A stretch of DNA of 64,000 bases, from assembly GCA_003599865.1 (NCBI GenBank), contig QZKS01000088.1, positions 6,682-70,681 on the forward strand. The letters are read 5' to 3'. Below are positions 60,317-64,000 of this stretch, piece after piece. The DNA is from Desulfobacteraceae bacterium (GTDB taxonomy: Bacteria; Desulfobacterota; Desulfobacteria; Desulfobacterales; SURF-7). Position 1 is the stretch's first letter. Each line of letters opens with the position of its first letter. The position numbers and the translations under genes were made by a program. The notes beneath the pieces are model-generated. The model had not been told where the DNA came from and made no database searches. It was given only the letters and a program-made list of their open reading frames with translations.

Positions 60317-61777
60317 CTATAAAGCCGGTTTTTCTTTATGAAACGTTGTGGCTTGCTCAAAATTATAGGCAACCTTGATCAGCAATTCTTCGTTGAAATG
60401 TCTGCCCATTAATTGCAGTCCGATCGGCAGCCGGTCTTTTGAAAATCCGCAAGGGATGGAAATTCCGGGCACGCCGGTAAGATTGGCTGACAGTGTAAAT
60501 ATATCCGATAAATACATGTTTAAAGGGTCGTTCGCCTTTTCACCGATTTTAAAGGCCGGGCTCGGGGTGACCGGAGAAAGAAGCAAATCGCATTTCTGAA
60601 AAGCATTTTGAAAATCTTCGATCATCAGTGTTCTGACCTGGGATGCTTTACCATAATATGCATCATAGTATCCGGCGGAAAGAGCGTACGTTCCGATAAT
60701 AATCCTTCGTTGCACTTCCGGACCAAATCCCTTTGATTTTGTGCTGCGATACATCTGAATTAAATCTTCCGGTTCCCTATCCCGGAATCCATAACGAACA
60801 CCATCGTATCTTGCCAGGTTGGAACTGGCTTCACATGGGGCAATCACATAATAGACCGCCACGGCATATTGGGTATGAGGAAGAGAGACATCGACAAATT
60901 CCGCACCAAGATTTTTCAAGGTATGGATGGCATTGTCGATGGCGGCAGCAACATCCGGATCCATTCCATCCGTTGTATAGTATTCCTTCGGCAATCCGAT
61001 TTTAATGCCGCCAATTCCCATGGACAGAGATTTTTGAAAGTCAGGAACCTCTTTTGGTACGGATGTTGAGTCTGATGGGTCATAACCCGAAATTACATTC
61101 ATCAGAAGGGCACAATCCGTCACATCTTTGGTAAGCGGACCAATTTGGTCGAGGGATGACGCAAATGCCACGAGTCCAAATCGGGAAACCCTTCCATAGG
61201 TGGGCTTCATTCCGACAATGCCGCAATGGGAAGCCGGCTGACGTATGGAACCGCCGGTATCGGACCCCAGCGAGCCGATACACATGTCCGCAGCGACGGA
61301 TGCTGCTGAACCGCCGCTGGACCCGCCTGGTATTCTGGTTACATCCCATGGGTTTCGGGTAAGATGCATGCCGGAATTTTCCGTAGAGGAGCCCATGGCG
61401 AATTCGTCCATGTTTGCCTTTCCCAGTGTGACAGCCCCGGCATTTTTCAGTTTTACCATCACGGTAGCATCATATGGAGGTATAAAGTTTTCCAGTATTT
61501 TGGACGCGCATGTTGTCGGAAGATCCTTGGTACAGATCAAATCTTTTATGGATAAGGGGATGCCGGTAAGGGGCTGGATTTCACTTCTGCCGATCATGTT
61601 GTCCGCATCCCTGGCCTGAGCGATGGCCTGCTCCTGAAAAACAGAGAGATATGCACCGATTTTATGATCCGTTTTGTCAATATGATCCAGAACATCCCGG
61701 GTCAATTCGGTGGAGGATATCTGCCGGGTCTTCAGCAGATCATGCGCTTCGTGTATGGTTAATTCATGCAGCTTCAT
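60317..61777 (-). CDS. gatA: Asp/Glu-tRNA amidotransferase subunit A
   Basis: Amidase signature [13 protein letters not shown]. Confidence 0.96.
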   Translation of the reverse strand: MKLHELTIHEAHDLLKTRQISSTELTRDVLDHIDKTDHKIGAYLSVFQEQAIAQARDADNMIGRSEIQPLTGIPLSIKDLICTKDLPTTCASKILENFIPPYDATVMVKLKNAGAVTLGKANMDEFAMGSSTENSGMHLTRNPWDVTRIPGGSSGGSAASVAADMCIGSLGSDTGGSIRQPASHCGIVGMKPTYGRVSRFGLVAFASSLDQIGPLTKDVTDCALLMNVISGYDPSDSTSVPKEVPDFQKSLSMGIGGIKIGLPKEYYTTDGMDPDVAAAIDNAIHTLKNLGAEFVDVSLPHTQYAVAVYYVIAPCEASSNLARYDGVRYGFRDREPEDLIQMYRSTKSKGFGPEVQRRIIIGTYALSAGYYDAYYGKASQVRTLMIEDFQNAFQKCDLLLSPVTPSPAFKIGEKANDPLNMYLSDIFTLSANLTGVPGISIPCGFSKDRLPIGLQLMGRHFNEELLIKVAYNFEQATTFHKEKPAL

Positions 61778-61791
61778 TTCCGTGGCTCCTT

Positions 61792-62082
61792 CTATCGCTC
61801 AACGACTTTCGGCACTACAAAGGCTCCATTTTCTTTTTCCGGAGCATTGGAGAGTGCTTGATCGTTTGTAAGATATTCTCTGGTGATATCCTCCCGGAAT
61901 GCATTGGTCAATGTGATTGCATGCGATGTCTTTTGAATTGAATTTGTTTCTGCCTGGTTTAATGTGTCTACATATTCAAGAATCCGACCGATCTGTTCTG
62001 TCAGTTTATCCAAAGAGACCTCATCGATTTCAATCCTTGCCAGATCGGCAACGTGAATAATATCATTTTTTGTGATGGGCAT
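61792..62082 (-). CDS. gatC: Asp/Glu-tRNA amidotransferase subunit C
   Basis: 96 aa starting [21 protein letters not shown], located immediately upstream of gatA. Confidence 0.9.
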   Translation of the reverse strand: MPITKNDIIHVADLARIEIDEVSLDKLTEQIGRILEYVDTLNQAETNSIQKTSHAITLTNAFREDITREYLTNDQALSNAPEKENGAFVVPKVVER

Positions 62083-62161
62083 ACCAACTCCTGACTCTGG
62101 TTATCTGAAACGGTTGAAAGTTCGCTTACGGCGATTTCATCCTTTGTAAAAACCTGCCAAC

Positions 62162-62878
62162 TTATTGTTTTAACAGAATCGCTCCATTATGGGTTTTTTT
62201 GATTTTTGCCATCATGGCCTGGGATTCTTCCTTGCTGCTGAAGTAACCGGCGCGAACACGATACCATATGTTATCTTTCGATAAGACGCCTACGGATTTA
62301 TAGGCTGGAATGCCTTGTTTCTGCAGAGTGGAAATCAATTGATCCGCTTCTTTGGAATCCCGCAAAGAAGCAATCTGAATGGTCATTTTTTTTTCAGATA
62401 AATCGGCATCTGCCGGAGAAGGCTCTTGTTTGGGAAGAGATGGTTTTTCCGGTTTGTCCGCAAGTTGTTTCTTTTTGATAACCGTTCTGGTTTTATGTGA
62501 TGGCTTGCCTGTCTGAGAAATTTCCGTCGGCTCCGGGGTTTCCGTTTGAAAACTTACGGATGTATCCGGCTTGCTTTCTTTCAGGTTCTCGTGAAATTCA
62601 AAATCCGGCTTTTCCGTCAGAATCGTGGTATCACTTTTTGTTAGTTGCAACTCCTTGTTAATCAGGGCAAGCCGGAGGTCTGCCAGATCTTTTTGAAGCG
62701 CATTGATGTCAAATTGTACCGGAGCCATTCCCCTTCCGACCAAAATACCCAATAAGAATATCCAGACGGAAATGAAGCAAAAGATGACAATCCATCCCAT
62801 TGCTCGTTTTCTGGGCATTTGAATCAACTGTTCATCCTTGCAGGATGGTTGCTGTGCGGCGGACTTGTTTTTTTCCAT
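62162..62878 (-). CDS. SPOR domain membrane protein
   Basis: One TM span (WIVIFCFISVWIFLLGILVG), a Pro/Lys/Glu-rich linker and a C-terminal SPOR fold (TIQIASLRDSKEA...WYRVRAGYFSSKEE). The ATG at 62878 was chosen to avoid overlap with argS. Confidence 0.75.
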   Translation of the reverse strand: MEKNKSAAQQPSCKDEQLIQMPRKRAMGWIVIFCFISVWIFLLGILVGRGMAPVQFDINALQKDLADLRLALINKELQLTKSDTTILTEKPDFEFHENLKESKPDTSVSFQTETPEPTEISQTGKPSHKTRTVIKKKQLADKPEKPSLPKQEPSPADADLSEKKMTIQIASLRDSKEADQLISTLQKQGIPAYKSVGVLSKDNIWYRVRAGYFSSKEESQAMMAKIKKTHNGAILLKQ

Positions 62879-62888
62879 GGGTGTAAAC

Positions 62889-64000
62889 TCACATTTTATC
62901 CGGTGCGGAAACGCCAAGAAGTGCCAGACCGTTTCGGATAACCGTCTTTACTGCATCGACAAGATAGAGTCTGGCTTTTGTCAGATCAGGATCTTCGGTT
63001 AGCACCTTGTGTTTATTGTAATAGGTGTGAAAGGATGATGCAAGATTCATCAGGAAAAATGTTATTCGGTGCGGTTCCATCATTTCTGCACTGGTGAGAA
63101 CGGTTTCCGGATATCGGACCATTTGACGGATCAGTTGTATTTCTTCCGGTTCCTGAAGCAATTGAATTGCTCTCTCATCCCATTCCCGATTATGGATGAT
63201 AGTATCTTCCCCAGCAGCTTTTTTCCCGATGCTGGATATTCGGGCATGCACATATTGGACGTAATATACCGGATTTTCGTTTGTCTTCTTGGCCGCAAGT
63301 TCCAGATCAAAATCAAGAGGGCTTTCATAATGGCGGGTAAGAAAGATAAATCTTGCAGCATCGCTCCCGACTTCATCGACGACTTCTTTCAGTGTGACAA
63401 ATTCTCCGGATCGGGTGGACATGGCAACCGGCTCTCCTCCTCTGAGGAGATTCACAAGATGCACGAGAATCACATGAAATTGATCTCTTCTGTAACCGCT
63501 TGCCTCAACACATGCTGCGATGCGCTGGATATAGCCATGATGATCCGCACCCCATACATCGATTACCCGATCGAAGCCTCGCAGAAACTTGTCCTTATGA
63601 TATGCGATGTCAGAGGCAAAATAGGTTGTCAGTCCATTTTCACGAATGACAACACGATCTTTTTCATCCCCATACGCACTGGTTTTAAACCAGTTTGCGC
63701 CATCTTTTTCATAAATGATATTTTTTTCTTTAAGCTCTTTGAGGATGATATCGACTTTTTGGGAATCAAACAGGCTTTGTTCGCTGTACCATCGGTCAAA
63801 GGTAACCCGAAAATCCAGCAAATCGGTCTTAATTCCATCCAGTATGATGGACGCCGCATATTTTGCACAACGGTCAATGGCATCTTCTTCATTTTGATCC
63901 AGAAGATCGCGGCCGATTTCGGTTTGCAATGATTTCGCAATATCTTTAATATAATCACCCTGATAACAATCTTTGGGAAAGTCCGATGCTTGGCCGAAGA
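62889..64000 (-). CDS. argS: Arginine--tRNA ligase (5' end beyond the window)
   Basis: The C-terminal anticodon-binding domain ends ...LGVSAPDKM. My hand translation shows the reading frame stays open upstream of the track's TTG at 63929 to the window edge (...[12 protein letters not shown]...). Confidence 0.92.
   Translation of the reverse strand, partial: FGQASDFPKDCYQGDYIKDIAKSLQTEIGRDLLDQNEEDAIDRCAKYAASIILDGIKTDLLDFRVTFDRWYSEQSLFDSQKVDIILKELKEKNIIYEKDGANWFKTSAYGDEKDRVVIRENGLTTYFASDIAYHKDKFLRGFDRVIDVWGADHHGYIQRIAACVEASGYRRDQFHVILVHLVNLLRGGEPVAMSTRSGEFVTLKEVVDEVGSDAARFIFLTRHYESPLDFDLELAAKKTNENPVYYVQYVHARISSIGKKAAGEDTIIHNREWDERAIQLLQEPEEIQLIRQMVRYPETVLTSAEMMEPHRITFFLMNLASSFHTYYNKHKVLTEDPDLTKARLYLVDAVKTVIRNGLALLGVSAPDKM

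Noticed and set aside
63069-63932. 287-aa plus-strand ORF
   Set aside because: It lies antisense to argS, whose translation is unmistakable. It is a shadow ORF.

Overview
Densely coded, moderately AT-rich chromosomal window from what looks like an anaerobic bacterium. A Desulfobacterota-like origin is inferred from gene content only. Most of it is housekeeping: split purH, pepA, thiolase, gyrA-gpsA, radC, pgk, gpmI, rsfS-nadD-proA-proB-obg-rpmA-rplU, fdhD, mce, tgt-queA, gatB, mutL, gatCA and partial argS. I recognised no rRNA, tRNA, CRISPR array, transposase, integrase or phage gene. Two accessory-looking stretches stand out. (1) 37.5-44.3 kb holds two paralogous secreted FG-GAP-repeat proteins, each next to a predicted outer-membrane beta-barrel, separated by unusually long AT-rich spacers. 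(2) 44.3-54.6 kb is a regulator-linked island. It contains a five-gene minus-strand operon: SCP2-like protein, class-III aminotransferase, split transketolase N and C subunits, and a second paralogous SCP2-like protein. A TetR gene lies divergent to that operon and is followed 40 nt later by alanine dehydrogenase. Convergent to these is a glycyl-radical enzyme with its radical-SAM activase. I consider this island the best candidate for an undescribed pathway, probably catabolism of an amine. Smaller oddities are an orphan cheD-HDOD-cheY-cheX module, a GC-rich structured element inside a minus-strand gene string, a 13-bp tandem repeat, a ComFB-like gene after mutL, and an orphan 360-aa protein. 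All functions are inferred from motifs read in the translations; no database search was run. Several starts were moved from the ORF track on Shine-Dalgarno evidence.
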